A DNA stretch of 64,000 nucleotides. Origin: the human T2T-CHM13v2.0 reference genome, Homo sapiens. The notes beneath the pieces are model-generated. The model had not been told where the DNA came from. It did no database searches and was given only the letters and a program-made list of their open reading frames with translations. Of this stretch, positions 38,137-52,840 are shown piece by piece (positions within the stretch are counted from its first letter, which is position 1; each line of letters opens with the position of its first letter). The position numbers were made by a program, and so were the translations under genes. Location of the stretch: NCBI RefSeq assembly GCF_009914755.1, contig NC_060930.1. The stretch is one strand, 5' to 3'.

Positions 38137-38883
38137 TTGATTGTTTCCTTTGCTGTGCAGAAGCTTTTTAGTTTGAAGTAATCCCATTTGTCTATTTTTG
38201 CTTTTGTTGCCTGTGCTTTTGGGGTCATAACCAAAAAAAAATCATTGCCTAGACCAATGTCATACAGCTTTTCCCTTACATTGGTCACGGGTTAGGAAGG
38301 TTCAATGAGACAGAAGGAATAAGCTAAAGAGAGCTATTGCAAAACATAGTGACTATAGTTAATAAGAATATATTGTCGGCCAGGCTCAGTGGCTCATGCC
38401 TGTAATCCCAGCACTTTGGGAGACTGAGGCGGGTGGATCACGAGGTCAGGAGATTGAGACCATCCTGGCTAACACAGTGAAACCCCCTCTCTACTAAAAT
38501 AAAAAACATTAGCCGGGTGTGCTGGCATGCGCCTGTAGTCCCAGCTACTAGGGAGGCTGAGGCAGGAGAATGGCGTGAACCAGGAGGCGGAGCTTGCAGT
38601 GAGCCGAGATTGCGCCACTGCACTCCAGCCTGGGTGACAGAGCAAGACTCTATCTCAAAATAAAAAAAAAAAAAAAGAAAAAGAAAAAGGAAAAAAGAAT
38701 ATATTGCCTTCTTAAAAAATGCTAAGAGTAGAATTTAAGTGTTCTCACCACAAAATGACAACTCTGTGCAGTTATGTATATGTTAGTTAGCTTGATTTAG
38801 CCATTCCACAATGTATATATATTTCAAAACATCATGTTGCACATAATAAATACATAAAACTACCTGGCTATTTAAAAAACTAA
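38137..38883 (+). mobile_element. 5'-inverted, truncated L1MA element with nested AluY
   Basis: 38137-38280 is antisense ORF2 sequence; 38281 onward is sense L1MA 3' UTR; TSD taaagatatcatttag / taaatatatcattcag. Confidence 0.8.
38378..38694 (+). mobile_element. AluY
   Basis: Diagnostic ggatcacgagg, accatcctggctaacac, tggcgtgaacc, gagcttgcag; TSD aagaatatattg at 38364-38375 and 38695-38706. Confidence 0.95.
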
Positions 38884-39129
38884 TAAATATATCATTCAGG
38901 CCTTACTACATGACCTTCACATGATCAGAAATTTAATAATTAAAATACATGTCTCTACCATCCAGAAATTAGTGCAGGAAACACATTATTGAATATAATT
39001 CAGATATTTTCTATCTATATATACACTTGCATACCTAAAATGAAATGACTTTTTACGTATAATTTTATAACCATTTTTTTTTCAGTTAATAAGCTCTAGG
39101 TTTCCATTTCAATGAATCTTCATCTTATA

Positions 39130-40050
39130 TAATATCTAGTCCACGTTCAAATTTACTCGGTTGCTCCAAACATTTTCTTTAGCTGGCTTAACCATTCAGG
39201 ATCCAGTCAAGGCCCATTCATTGTACCTTGTTGCTTTCCTTAGGTTGCTCCTAATCTACCACAGCTTCTTTATCAATGACGTGCAGTCATTGATGAAGAC
39301 CACATTTCATCTTCTGGGCGTGTCTGGGTATTTCCTCATGGAGTCATTTTGTCTTTTCCTCTATCTCCCATATTTCCTGTAAGCTGAAAATCAGATCTAA
39401 ACGTTTATAAATTCAAATTAGACATTTAGGATTAGACTACATGTTAAGTGATGCTGTGTACATAAAGCCTGGTTGACTGGCCATTGCTGATGCTTAAGTT
39501 GACAGTGGGTTAAGAGATTGATCATATAATCCTTCCATTGTACAGCTACTTTTTCTCCCTTAGATCAATGTCTAGATCTGCATTAAACTACATATCTAAT
39601 GTTGATTTTTCTAATTCTATCATTTATTCTATATTATTGATGGCCTTTTATTCTTTTAAAATAGAGCTTTCTCTCACCAACTCAGCTGTCTCATTATCCC
39701 CAGTGCAGTTCATATTGGAAAGAGAGGGTAAATAATGATTGCTTTTCAGTGTCAAATTCTTAATGTAATGAGTTGGTTTAGTAGTCATCTCAAGTTGTGG
39801 CATAAACGTATTTTCCTAGCTTTTGCTTTTTGAGTTTCATTATGGACTCACGTATTTTTATTGATTCAATGTGCATTAATATGCTATAACCACTGCTACT
39901 TTTGATGTCGAAATTGTCATACTTTTGGCCAACAGGAAGGGGCTTCTCTTTGCACAATCGTATGGGTTTTTGGCTGCTTCCTTGCTTCCTGACACAGCAA
40001 GACATCACTTACCCCCGACCTGGAATTATCCATCTCACCAATTAAGTATG
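39130..40050 (-). mobile_element. Old L1M 3' UTR remnant
   Basis: ttcaaattt...tcaggatccagtcaagg...cattcattg; ttttgatg...aaattgtcatacttttggccaacaggaag; acctggaattatccatctc. Confidence 0.55.
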
Positions 40051-41564
40051 GCCTTCTGAAAGGGCAGCGTTAGGTAATGTCCTATCAAACAGACTGGAAT
40101 GGCATAAGATTCTGCTTTATTTTCAGAATATTATATGTAAATTACAGGGAATAGGAGAAAACCTTGTCAAATCAGAATTCGACCTGAATCTTGACAATGG
40201 ACTTCTCTGATGCAAAGAATCATATACATATACATATATGTACATATATATACACATACATATATATACATATATATATAGAGAGAGAGTGTCTGTGTGT
40301 GTGTGTCTGTCAATAGACAAGAGATGTCTAAATTGCAAAGTCTTCTTCCACTTAATAAAAGTAAGACCAAAATAAGACCTTGAGACCTGAACCAAGAGTT
40401 TTATTATCAAGTGCAGGTGGAGAGACCTCAGGATAGGTAGAGGAAGTTCCTACCATCAGGCAAAGAAAGTATAAAGCTCTGTCAATGGAGAACAAGAGAA
40501 GAGTACACTGCCAGGAGAAAGAGTTATTGATTCTCCCTTCCTGGGGAGGAGGTTCCACCTCTCAGTAGTGGGTGTGGTGGGGATGGAGGCAGAACTAAGT
40601 CAGAGAGCAGAGGAGCTTGCACCTACCTCCCACCGGGAAGGCTCTGGGAGGAGACCTCATGGAGTGCTCTGCACCAAGGTGATGTTCTACCTCAAAGGAG
40701 AAATGGCAGTGCGGCCTTCGGGCAGAATGCTCTCCCGTGTTTCCAGCAACAGAAGTTCCCGAATACTCCTGCTAAGGAAGGTAGCTGAGAGCTGAGGCCC
40801 ATCAAGAAACCATCGAGGTGAGAAACAAGGTGATTTCAGAGCCAAGATTGCTGTGGGTGGACAGTCTAAGCCAGGGGCCAGGTGAGGGACTTGTTTGAAT
40901 CCTACATGAATGCCAAGGTGGGACAAAGCAAGCTGCAGAGGGGACTTCCGCCTTGGCCATGCCTAGGGGAGTGACTAAGCTGGCCCCACAGCAGTAGGTA
41001 CAGGGAGGACTGAGGCCTTGGCCCAGAGTCCCAGTGAGAGAAGCTGTGCCACCACGTGAGGTCAGGTACATGCAACAAAACGTGACAGCCTCGATTATGT
41101 GTGGTCCCTGTCCTGACTCCAGGAAGCCATCGCATCTGTCTTGCCACAGGGCACCTACTTTGGAAGAAGCAGCAAACAGGAAATGGCCCTGGTAAATAAT
41201 CTGAGTTTTGAGTTGATGGATTCAGAAACTCTATTTTTCAAAAAGAAATAGTTTCAGTCCAGAAAAGATTGTTACCTTTAACTAAGAAAAATGTTATCTT
41301 TTCTTCCACCCTCAATGGGGATATAGGCTCCATGGCAAGATGAAATCAGTTAAACATCACGATTAAGCCATATTGGTCACGCTAACCCATTTGAGATGAG
41401 TTATCTTTTAAACCCACCTAGTACACAGTACGATGCAATTCAGAATGCTTGTTATTACAACGATTCCCTGGTTCTTCGACTCTCTTGAGTCTTAGTGCAC
41501 GGGCTGGAGGAGGTGCCCATGGCAGATGCCCTGGAAGGGGTCGGCAGCACGGCTCAAACAGCAA

Positions 41565-41752
41565 CACACACTGGTGCAACACGTCGGATGATGACTGGGG
41601 TGACCACCGCAGAACTTATGAAGTGCCACAAACTGGTGCAACACATCGGATGATGACTGGGGTGACCACTGCAGACCTTATGAAGTGCCACAGACTGGTG
41701 CAACACGTCGGATGATGACTGGGGTGACCACCGCAGATCTTATGAAGTGCCA
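41565..41752. repeat. Tandem triplication of a 62-bp unit
   Basis: ctggtgcaacac starts at 41571, 41633 and 41695; units nearly identical. Confidence 0.97.
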
Positions 41753-44104
41753 TCTCCCGCTGACCATCCCCCACATGAAGAACTACTTGAAAATAAAAAC
41801 GTAGGAGATCTCTTTAGAAGAACTCTATTAATATGATACACATGTTATGCATTCATTATGAGCTGCAGGTTACATAATGAGGTGTCTGAAAAATGTTTAG
41901 GAGGAGGCACAGTACATAAAAGTATTCTGTCGTGGTTTATCATCAGTGTCCAGAAATTCACCAAAAAATGGAAAAACGAACACATCCAAAGATGAATAAA
42001 ATGATCATCTGTAGTTATCGCATGAGTTTCAATATAATTCTGGCTATTTTTGTTGATGATAGGAAGTAAAATGATCCCTGGGGGAAAAATGAGAAAATCA
42101 AAAACTAAAATTTTATTTAATTATCATAAGAGCTAAAACATGAGGAGGAACAAGAATGTTGATGCAAGAGGCATCTTTTAAAAATAAGTATTATTTTGCA
42201 TGTGTTTAGTCCAGCCTCTTGTTTTTGCTTTGTCCTGATTAAGCTGACTGCTTTATCATTGTTAGGTTATCTCCCTTAGAAGATGAAGTCAGATTGGCTT
42301 GAAAATATGACCTATTTCTTTTATATATTTTAAATGTTTAAAATAAAATTGAATATATCCTGTGACCTGAATAGGAGATCCCAAAAAATACTACAATATT
42401 TATCCTTCCAGCATACACAAAAGTACAGTCTTTGTTAAATGTTTTAACAGGCTTTTATAGCTTGATAGCCATAAGTTTTTTACCCAACAAGATTCACTCA
42501 CAGTAACATGGTCTAGAGCAGCATTTAGCATTTTCTATTTGCACACTGAGAGCTTCTGGAATTTTTAGCTTCTGATTTCTATCAAAAGAATGAGAGAGGA
42601 GCTTGCTTCCCTGGAACCCCGTGTAGGGTGTGAGAGTGATGCACCTGTTCCCTAGGAAGGACACCGGGCGGGAGCTCCAGCACAGAAGGCTTTGCCAGCT
42701 CTGCTTAGAACCTTCTTCCCTGCACACAGAGTGCTTTCTGCAAGTGGGCGTTCACAGGAGACTCCCAATACCTGTGCAGACCAGGTCTGCTCGGATGCAG
42801 AAGGCGGCCTTCTAGTCAGGAGGACAGCAGCTGCCAGCCCAGGAGTGGGTACCCATGGATGAGGAGGACCAATTTAAGTTACAGCCGTCTTCAGCTGAGC
42901 CTTGGAAGTCTAAAGCACTAAAAAAAGGGGAGATCTGCTTACAGGATGGTGAGTATCCTGAGCTGGCTGAATCCCCAGACATGAACCAGGGCTACACACA
43001 ACAAAAGTCACGTGAAAAATTAATAAAGTAATGTAAAACTGGGGTACACGTTGGGAGATCTGATCTCTCATCCTGATTTAATAAAGAACATGTGTCCTCT
43101 TTGAAAAGATCCTGATTTCTTTGGACATTATTCTTTCCTACATTGTTTGGAATGATAAAAATGTGGGTTATCTTGGTTCTTACATATTGTATCATTTTAT
43201 GCCAACTTTAAGCTCTAGAAGTCAGTTTGTGGGATTGGCAAAGGCCATGAAGGTCTTTCTCAAGGTTGAAATAAGCCACACTGTTTAGGGATGTCAGCTG
43301 GGGAGGGATCTGAAAAACTACCTCCGAACTGATACAAAGTCACGCTAGATTTGCCAGTTCTGTAAAGTAACACATTAGATCACAGTCAACAGACACACTC
43401 ACAGGTCAGTATATTAAACATCATCTCCAACATTGCTTTACGTCTTCTTCTTGAGTATTACCTGTGCATCCTTTTGTTCATTTTTGAGTCTTGTAGAACT
43501 TCAATTCAGGTTGATCTGCTCTGTCAAGCTTTGTTCTGCCCAACCTGAGATCCCTTTCTGGGGGTATTTTCTGATCTATTGGCTAACAGCCCTCCTTTCC
43601 GTGTCCAGCATCCTTCAGCTGGATTGCCACAGCTCCTTGGTTGATTTCCCTACCAACCGTCAATTGCCCCTCCCACTGGTCCTGAAGCAGAGCGACATCC
43701 AGCTTCTTCTGCACCACTCACGACGTAGGGTGAACTTCCAATGGGACCCTTATGTGCAAGGTCCTCTTCCATCTGGCTCCAGCCTTCCTTTCTCACTCGG
43801 TCTCCTAACACTGACTCCCCCATTTAGACGAGTCTGTTCTCCGTTCTCCAGCACTGTCCTCTGCCTGCCGTTTCTTCTAGTTTAATTTTTTAGGCTCCTC
43901 TCCCACTGCCCTCAATTCTCCAAATCCAGGTGCGGGCACATCTTCTCCATGCAAGTGGTGACCTGGCTCTTTTAATACATGGTCCTTCTTCCATTTATTC
44001 ATTCAACAAGCTTTTACTGGGGCCCTACAAAGGGCCCAGCCCTGTTCTAGCTAAAAACTAGCCAAAACTCTTCAACTGGCATTTTATCATACACTTGCTC
44101 TAGT

Positions 44105-44335
44105 TATTTATAATAAATAGTTGACATTCATCATGAATTTACTATGCCAGGGGAGGTAAGTACTTTCCAACATGTGCATCTCATTCTCGCAATAGCCTCC
44201 TGAAATAGGTGCTGTTATTATCCTCAAGTCCTCATGCGAAGTAACGAGGCAGAGACATTAAATGACTTTCCCAGTCTGTGCATCTAATACGTGCCCAGCT
44301 AGGGTTCAACGTCAGCATTCTGGCTCCGGAACGCC
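44105..44335 (-). mobile_element. MIR SINE
   Basis: ttactatgccagg...tctcattctcgcaatagcc...tgaaataggtgctgttattatcc...gaggcagagacattaaatgacttt. Confidence 0.7.
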
Positions 44336-45469
44336 TCTCAGCCAGCAAGCTGCCATGCACCCACCAGCAGCCCCCATGGCCTCTGCCAGAAACCGTGCCA
44401 GGGATTTGATTCCTTCACCTGTGCCTTTCTTCCCTCCCCAACTTTAATAGAGCCCACATGTCTCACGGAGCATAACTATACAGCTCCTAAAGAAACCATG
44501 CATACATTACGTATTATCTTGGTTAGCTTTTGCCAAAATCAGGTGTTTGAACCTGATAATGAAGCCACAACAGGAACCTGTTATGTTGTATGGTCTGTGG
44601 GAAAAACACCAGAAAATGACACCGTTTCTTAGTTTTACACACACACATTTGCAAATTCAATTCTAAAACATGCAGACTCTATTAGTGTTGATTCTTAAAT
44701 ATGACTACTGAAATAAAAATGTCAACATTTGCTTTTCTTCTTTTAAGAAATGGAGAAAACTCACGGGAGGACTAAGAAATCTGGGAGAGGCAGGAAACCA
44801 CACCTCTTCAACTCCCCGCCTGGGCAGAGAGAAAGGGCTCTGCACGGGACGGAAAGCGCAGCTGCCCTGACCAGCCTGGCCTCAGGGCCCAGAATCCTCC
44901 GCATCCTCCAGCTATCAGGGCTCACATGGGCCTAGTCGTCCTTCACACTGGGCTCCATCCACTTTGCTTAAGTAAATCTTTCACAGATATCTCCTCAGCC
45001 ACTTATTATTTTTATAAGAGAAAAAAAAAAAGGCCACAGTGCATTCCTAACCAAAAGTAGTTGTGGTTTTTCCATCCTCTCATGAGTGTGAAACTGCCCA
45101 GCGGCCTCCCTCAGGTCCTACCTGAAAATTATGTTTTAAGTCCAGCATTAGAGGAAATTCTGAAGTGAAGCAGGGAGACTCGTAAAATGAAAATCCGTGT
45201 TTGAGCTTGCTGCTGAGCTCCCTTTTTGTGTCTATTGAAGCTAATCAACTTCTCGGCATTGTAGTTTGCACTTAGGACTTGCTCTATGACTTGGGCCCTC
45301 AGTGCCTCTGTTCTTGCAGAGGCACTTTCCAACCATCTAGTTAATAGTACTCCATTCCTACCCCTTCCAATATCTGAGGAATTAAATATTGTTTTCTAAA
45401 ATAGTAATATTTATTACCAAAAGAAATAAAAGAAATTTGAGGGCTGTTTAATATTTATTATAAAAATTT

Positions 45470-46396
<927 letters not shown>

Positions 46397-49357
46397 AAGA
46401 TGAAAATTTTTAACAATTTTTAGATGAAAATATTATAGTAGATGGTGCTTCTGACATTACCACTCTTGTGACGTACTGATATTGCTAAGATTAAGTTGTC
46501 AGACCTGAATATAAACGTGGTGGCTGCATAATAACTGCTACATGTCTTAAAGATCACACACACTCACATGGACACTTGGTTTGGTTCTAGACATTCACAG
46601 TTTAACGTCTACCTACGGGTAAGAAGCCCTCAGCTTCCTAAAGTCCATCAGTTAGGAACACAAAACTCAACCAGCAGAGCATAAAACAGGGTTAGGATTC
46701 GTTTTGCTAAGATAACAAGAGAGGACAGAGGCAGCTGCCAGCATTGTCATCAAAGGCACAGGGTCTCTCCGTCCTCCCTCCTCACCACCTGTGCCGACTC
46801 CAGCTTCATCTTGGCTGCGCCTCAGTTGCAAGGCGGGCACAGCAACAGGTAGGCCAAGCAGCCCACCAGGGATCGCACCAGAAGGCCTTACAAGAAGGCT
46901 CAGGGTTTCCGGAAGCTTCTACACAGCCTTGGCTTTCTATCTCACTAGCTGGGCCCTGTCCCATGGCTACCTCTGTGTGCAGGGGAGGCTGGACAGGCCA
47001 GCATTTCTTTCTTCAAAGTTCACAAGCAGAGACAAGCAAGGGAGAAGGTCATGAATTAGCTAAAGCAACAGGCTTTGTTATTGCAGGGAATTAACAGCAA
47101 TAAGCAAAAAACTCAACAAACGCAACGTAGCTCCAGCCTGGCCCATTCCAACCTGCCTTACACCTCCACAAGGATCTCCTCGCTGCCCAGGTTGGGACCT
47201 GGCCATTAAGGACTTTGAGAATGGTCGCCGTTTCCGTGACAGCTCCTCCGCTGCCATCACGGCCTCTATGCCACCACTGATCCACACGCGTAGAAAGGAG
47301 CCCAAGAGGGCTCGCACTCACCTTGGGGCTACAATCCCCAAGTTCTCCACATAGCCCGAGGGTCAAGGTCGTGCTCGGTGTATAGGGTTGGAGGTGCACA
47401 GAGGACAGAGAAGGCAAAGCTCATTTTAATGGCATCCCTCTTTTATTTTCCACTCCTTTACTTTAATCATTATCTCTCACTTGGATCTTTGCGATAACTT
47501 CCAAACTGTCTCCTCTTCAGTCTCCCTGTATTCAGTGTTTCTCCAACAATTTCCAGATGAGGCTTCCTGAAACGTGGAAGTGACTGGTCCCTTATTTGCT
47601 CACACACCTTTGCCACCTCCGCTTTAGCCACCATGTAAAGCCTGACATGGGAGCTTAGCGTCTACCTCCACCGTCTGCCTGCTACCATTCTGCTGTTCCC
47701 ATTACCCGTAATCTTCTTCTTACAAAGCCCACCATTTCAATTCAGGAAATTCACAAAGCCAGATACTAATCCACATTAGAAAATCTTAATATGGGACACA
47801 TATGGAAGTATTTTAAGTGCGAGTAGAAAAGTCATTTCTTCATACTTTAGAAATTATTGACAAGAAAAAAACAACTATGCAAGACCAGAGAATTTAAAGA
47901 ACTTAAATTCTAGTAACGTGTTAACTAGTAGTGCAAACAGGATACTATGACAAATGAAAAGTTAAAAGCTGCCAATACCTGCACCTATATTTTGGAAGTA
48001 TAACATAACTACCAAAGGTAAAATAACATAAAACATAAAAATATACATTTGATTCATATAAAAATTCCTAAAGCTATACAGAAGAAGCATCTTGTATGTT
48101 TTGTTTTGCTACAACTTCTGAGCATATTCTTAACATTGATGCCTCAACAGTCACGTCTATAAAATGGAAACATCTGTAAACTGCCTGAACAGAAGACTGG
48201 GAGATAGATGGGAAAATTGTCAAGGGTTCTTTCAACTTTAAAATGTCTGATACTATTAGATTTTTTAAAAATAAAACAGTGCATTGTATGAATTAGTAAA
48301 ATTCGTGTCATAATAGTAGCATCTTATTTTCAGCAATTTCTACTTAACTCTTAACTAATCTACATTATGCAAATCTAGAGCCTGGAGAGCAGGGTACCCT
48401 ATTAGCAGGAGAAATAACCCAAATACTATTATTTATTTCTCCACTTTTTTGAAGAGTTCAAGAGAAGGAATCAATGCCTGTGGCAATTTCTCTTCACCTT
48501 GTTGAATCCTTTTCTAAAACCCTATTTAGGTGACTTGATTTTTGTGGTTTCTTATGGTTTAATTCTTCCAAGTGGGTCTAACAGTGTTTAATTTACTAGT
48601 ATCTCTAAAAACTGAACAGGAATGATGAAAGTCACATAAGAAAAGCAAATTAATACAGAAATTCAACATGGTTGACTTGCAAAATCCCATAATATTCACC
48701 TGCAGGATCCAAATTTTCTTTTAATTTCTGTGAGTGAGAAAAGTTATTCTTCAAGCAAATGTGAGAAATACTCAGGTCTTTTTAGTTAAACCTGTGACAA
48801 GATTTACCAGATCCTGCCTTTTCCTATGTTTCTCATTTTAAAAGCATAACTATTAATACAAGGAGCTGGTGAGCTGCGGGATTTCTCTCTGACATGTCTC
48901 TGACATGTGGAGCACAGGAACAGATGTGTCAACCATGGTATGGAATCCGAATCATGTCATAGAGTTGAAGGGCAAGTGGGATCTTAAGACCTGGCCATAG
49001 GCAAATGATGGTATATTTCCAAATCAACCTTTACTTAAGGAGCTATTGACTGCATGGGCCACTATTCCACCTCCACCCTCTCAGAGCATTTGAAGGAGTG
49101 GGGCCAGCCCAGGGGTTGATGGATAAGTCATAATCAGCACAGGAGGTGGGCTAGGAACACACCACACAGCTGCTGGCCAGGCTTCAGGGGAGGAGCATTT
49201 GCAAAGCCAGAAAAATGACCTCCTGGCTACTAGTGCAGGAGACCTGTGCTACTCAAAGAGTGAACTCAGAGGGCTGCCAGATATGAGGGTAGGGGTGAGA
49301 AATTCTTCCTAACACCTTTACCTAAAAGCCACTTAACAGACTCATTCAAAGAGCACA

Positions 49358-49676
<319 letters not shown>

Positions 49677-50531
49677 TATATATGATTAATAATAATTACA
49701 ACTAACGTTTTCTGACCTCTCCCTCTGTCAGCCACTGTGCTAAGTTCTTCACAAGAATGACTTTATTTGTGCAATTTGACTCCAAAGCCCATGGGAGTCC
49801 AGCTCCAAACCACTTTGCTCAATAACCTCCTTATTAATGAAGGTGCTGTGCTTGGGCATTGTGAAGACAAAATATGTCCCAAGTGTAAGAAATAACCCCC
49901 AGCCTCTAAAAGCTTAAAATATTTGGAAGGAGGCAGAAATGTTCAGACATGAATAATAATACTAAGACAGAACCACCTTTAAAATAGAGTTGTTCTATCT
50001 CAATTTGAAACAATTGTGTTTGGGGGAGTCTGAATTAGGTCCATGTCTCCATGGAGGCCCTGGCCGAAAATCCAGCTCCTTCTTTCAATTCCACACCTCT
50101 CAGGGCTGGAGAGCAAGCGGTGGTTCCCCAGCAGTGGGCAGTGGGTTTGATCTCAAGCATGATCGTAACGGTCTTTCTCAGCTTCCATTCCAGGAGAAAA
50201 TTATTGAGACATATTTCTGATCCTTCCCAGAATGAGAACTCACACAGACGGTCTCCCACTTAGCAAGAGAGACAAAACATGGGATCCACTGGTTTAATGA
50301 GTAGAGACCCAGCGTCTCCGGGAACAATCTGCCACAGTCTGTGAGCAGGACCTTCTGAGCTTCAACGTCCTGGGCTCCTCCACCCACAAAAGACAGCAAA
50401 GCCCGCCAGGCAGGAGGTTTGAACACGCAGGTGCCCAGGAGCAAAATACAAAATGACCCGAATGGGAAAGAAAAGCCAAAACCAGCAGTTACAAATAATT
50501 ACCACTTGGCCTACAATTTCAAAAGAAAGTT

Positions 50532-50619
50532 GGAGAATCACTTGAACCCAGGAGGCGGAGGTTGCAGTGAGCTGAGATCGTGCCATTGCACTCCAGCCTG
50601 GGCAACAAAGAGAGAAAAC
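50532..50619 (+). mobile_element. 5'-truncated Alu (right-arm fragment)
   Basis: ggagaatcacttgaacccaggaggcggaggttgcagtgagctgagatcgtgccattgcactccagcctgggcaac. Confidence 0.92.
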
Positions 50620-50654
50620 AAAAGAAAGAAAGAAAGAGAGAAAGAGAGAAAGAC

Positions 50655-50718
<64 letters not shown>

Positions 50719-50995
50719 GAGAAAGAAAGAGAGAAAGGAAGGAAGGAAGGAATGAAGGAAGGAAGAAAGGAAGGAAGGAAATGAAAGGAAAGGAAGGGAA
50801 AGAAGGAAGGAAAGAAAGAAAGAGAAAGAAAGAAAGAAAGAAAGAGAGAAGAAAGAAAGAAAGAAAGAAAGAGAGAAAGAAAGAGAAAGGAAGGAAGGAA
50901 GGAATGAAGGAAGGAAGAAAGGAAGGAAGGAAATGAAAGGAAAGGAAGGGAAAGAAGGAAGGAAAGAAAGAAAGAGAAAGAAAGAAAGAAAGAGA

Positions 50996-51036
<41 letters not shown>

Positions 51037-51042
51037 AGAAAG
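50620..51042. repeat. Alu-tail-derived (GAAA/GGAA)n polypurine tract with a 152-bp internal duplication
   Basis: Marker ggaatgaagg...ggaaatgaaagg recurs 152 bp apart (aatg at 50751 and 50903). Confidence 0.95.
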
Positions 51043-52719
51043 CAAGCCAGCCATGCCTCCCGACTCATGTCTGGAGGGCTTTCAATATCACTCATCACTT
51101 TCAATATTCCACACCCTCCGGCAGTGCTTCCTCCCCTCTTGCTTCTGCCCAAAAGACACATGGAAAGCAATGGAAGCTGCTGTGTTAGCTCATCACTTTC
51201 AATATTCCAGTTGCCCTGGAAAACTGGAGGCCATAGTGCTTGAGGGCCAGCTACAGGAAAGGCAGAAAGTGCACAGCTTCAGCGTCAGGATCCCTCTAAC
51301 CAGGCTGAGAACTGGACCAGCAGCAAGATTGGGTGGTAATGGGGCTCGGTTTCCTTCTGAACATAGCAGAGTTTGAAGCTCAACACTTCTGCCCCAGGCT
51401 GTTCTTGGCAAACATCGTACATATATATTAGAGTGAAAAGTCTGCAATATGTCCTGTGGATGTGGAAGCCAAGGTGAGGCCATTCCTAAAAAATGTTCAG
51501 CTCCTCATTTCCAAGCAATGGTTTCCATACTGGCAGCAAGAGGCGATTTCCTCTTTGAGCTGGATAGGGTGGGGATGGGAGGAGGCAAGTGAGGGAGGGC
51601 AAATGGGGAGGAAAGAAGAGAGGTCACTGCAAAGTCCTGGCTTTTCTTTCTTGCACTAATGCTTTTGTGAACATATAGGAAAAGTCATGGTGTTTGGCCA
51701 TAAAAAATAGTGAGCCATTTATCCACTGCCCTCCCTATGACAAGTATTATATATCAATTATATATGGATTGGATCAGAGATACATGATCATCTAGTTTCT
51801 GCATTCATTTCAGGAGACTGGATATCTTTGGAATATTTGTGGAAGTCAGCTTAAAAACTGTTTCCCTGGATAATGTTCCATCCACACCCTCTGTTTCTGG
51901 AGAAAATAGCGGGAAGGGAGTAGTTAAAGCTGCGGGTGAGAGAAGACTTGAGCCTGACCCCCAGGGGAGGCTCTTCTGCTTGGTGAGACCTCCCGAGTAG
52001 GGTCTGAAGAGGGCCCTCTCTCCCACTTTCCTGCTTCCCAGGTGCCTGCTTCCTGACAGAGAGATCTCGCCTGGGGAGGGGCAACTTAGGAGGGCCACCC
52101 TGGAGAGCTGCCAGCTGGAAAGCTCAGGCACCAAACACCATGACCTCTCCCCACTTCCACTGGAACCAATGAGGGGAACACACCCAGAGGCGACTTCCTG
52201 CAGCTCTCCCTGCCCCACTTTATCTACAGTTAGCTGCACCAGCCACAGCAAGGGACAATCCAGCAAAAGATTAGCCACTGGGATGAAAGACAGACAACAA
52301 ACCCAACACATAGAACCAAGGTACAGCCATCCAAAATTAAAATGGGGATTTGATACAATTAAACATGGTCCACCTAGAGAGAAAGTGAGCTGCTGTACTT
52401 CAAAAGCCATTAAGGAGGTTAAGGAGCAAGAACAGGTAAAATCAATGAGAATCAATAAAGATCATAGTAAAGAAAACTAGAATTCTGAAAACAAAAAATA
52501 GTGAAGGCTGAGTAGCATACAAAGATCAAATTAATGTGGTGATAGTTGTTACAAAGGAATTTTCCTGGAACACAGCACAAAGTTGTCAAAGAACACCCGG
52601 TAAAGACGTGGAAAAAGCTTGAAGACATGCAGAAGCACGTGGAGGCCTGATCCGACCCTCATCCACGGGATTCCAGGACGAGGAAAGAGACAGGATGGAG
52701 CACAGCACATTCACAGATG

Positions 52720-52840
52720 GCATCACATCTTCCCAGAACTGAGGAAAGGTCCACTGAATTCCAAATACAGTAAGGTTGGAAGGCTACCCCTAGACATGTT
52801 GTCACTAAATTTTAGTACATCAAAGACAAAGACAAGCCTG
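52720..52840 (+). mobile_element. Decayed L1/HAL1 ORF1 remnant
   Basis: Translates as ATPRHVVTKF*YIKDKDK, resembling the L1 ORF1p TPRHIIVKF...KDKEK segment. Confidence 0.5.

Noticed and set aside
41712-41763. C/D-box snoRNA-like ATGATGA ... CTGA
   Set aside because: The C-box-like word is part of the 62-bp repeat unit, the terminal stem is only ~2 bp, and I recognise no guide
50362-51376. ORFs of 118-230 aa on both strands
   Set aside because: Alu fragment plus polypurine repeat; low-complexity artefacts
51805-52455. 216-aa minus-strand ORF
   Set aside because: No recognisable domain, no splice or promoter support, CpG-poor; probably chance
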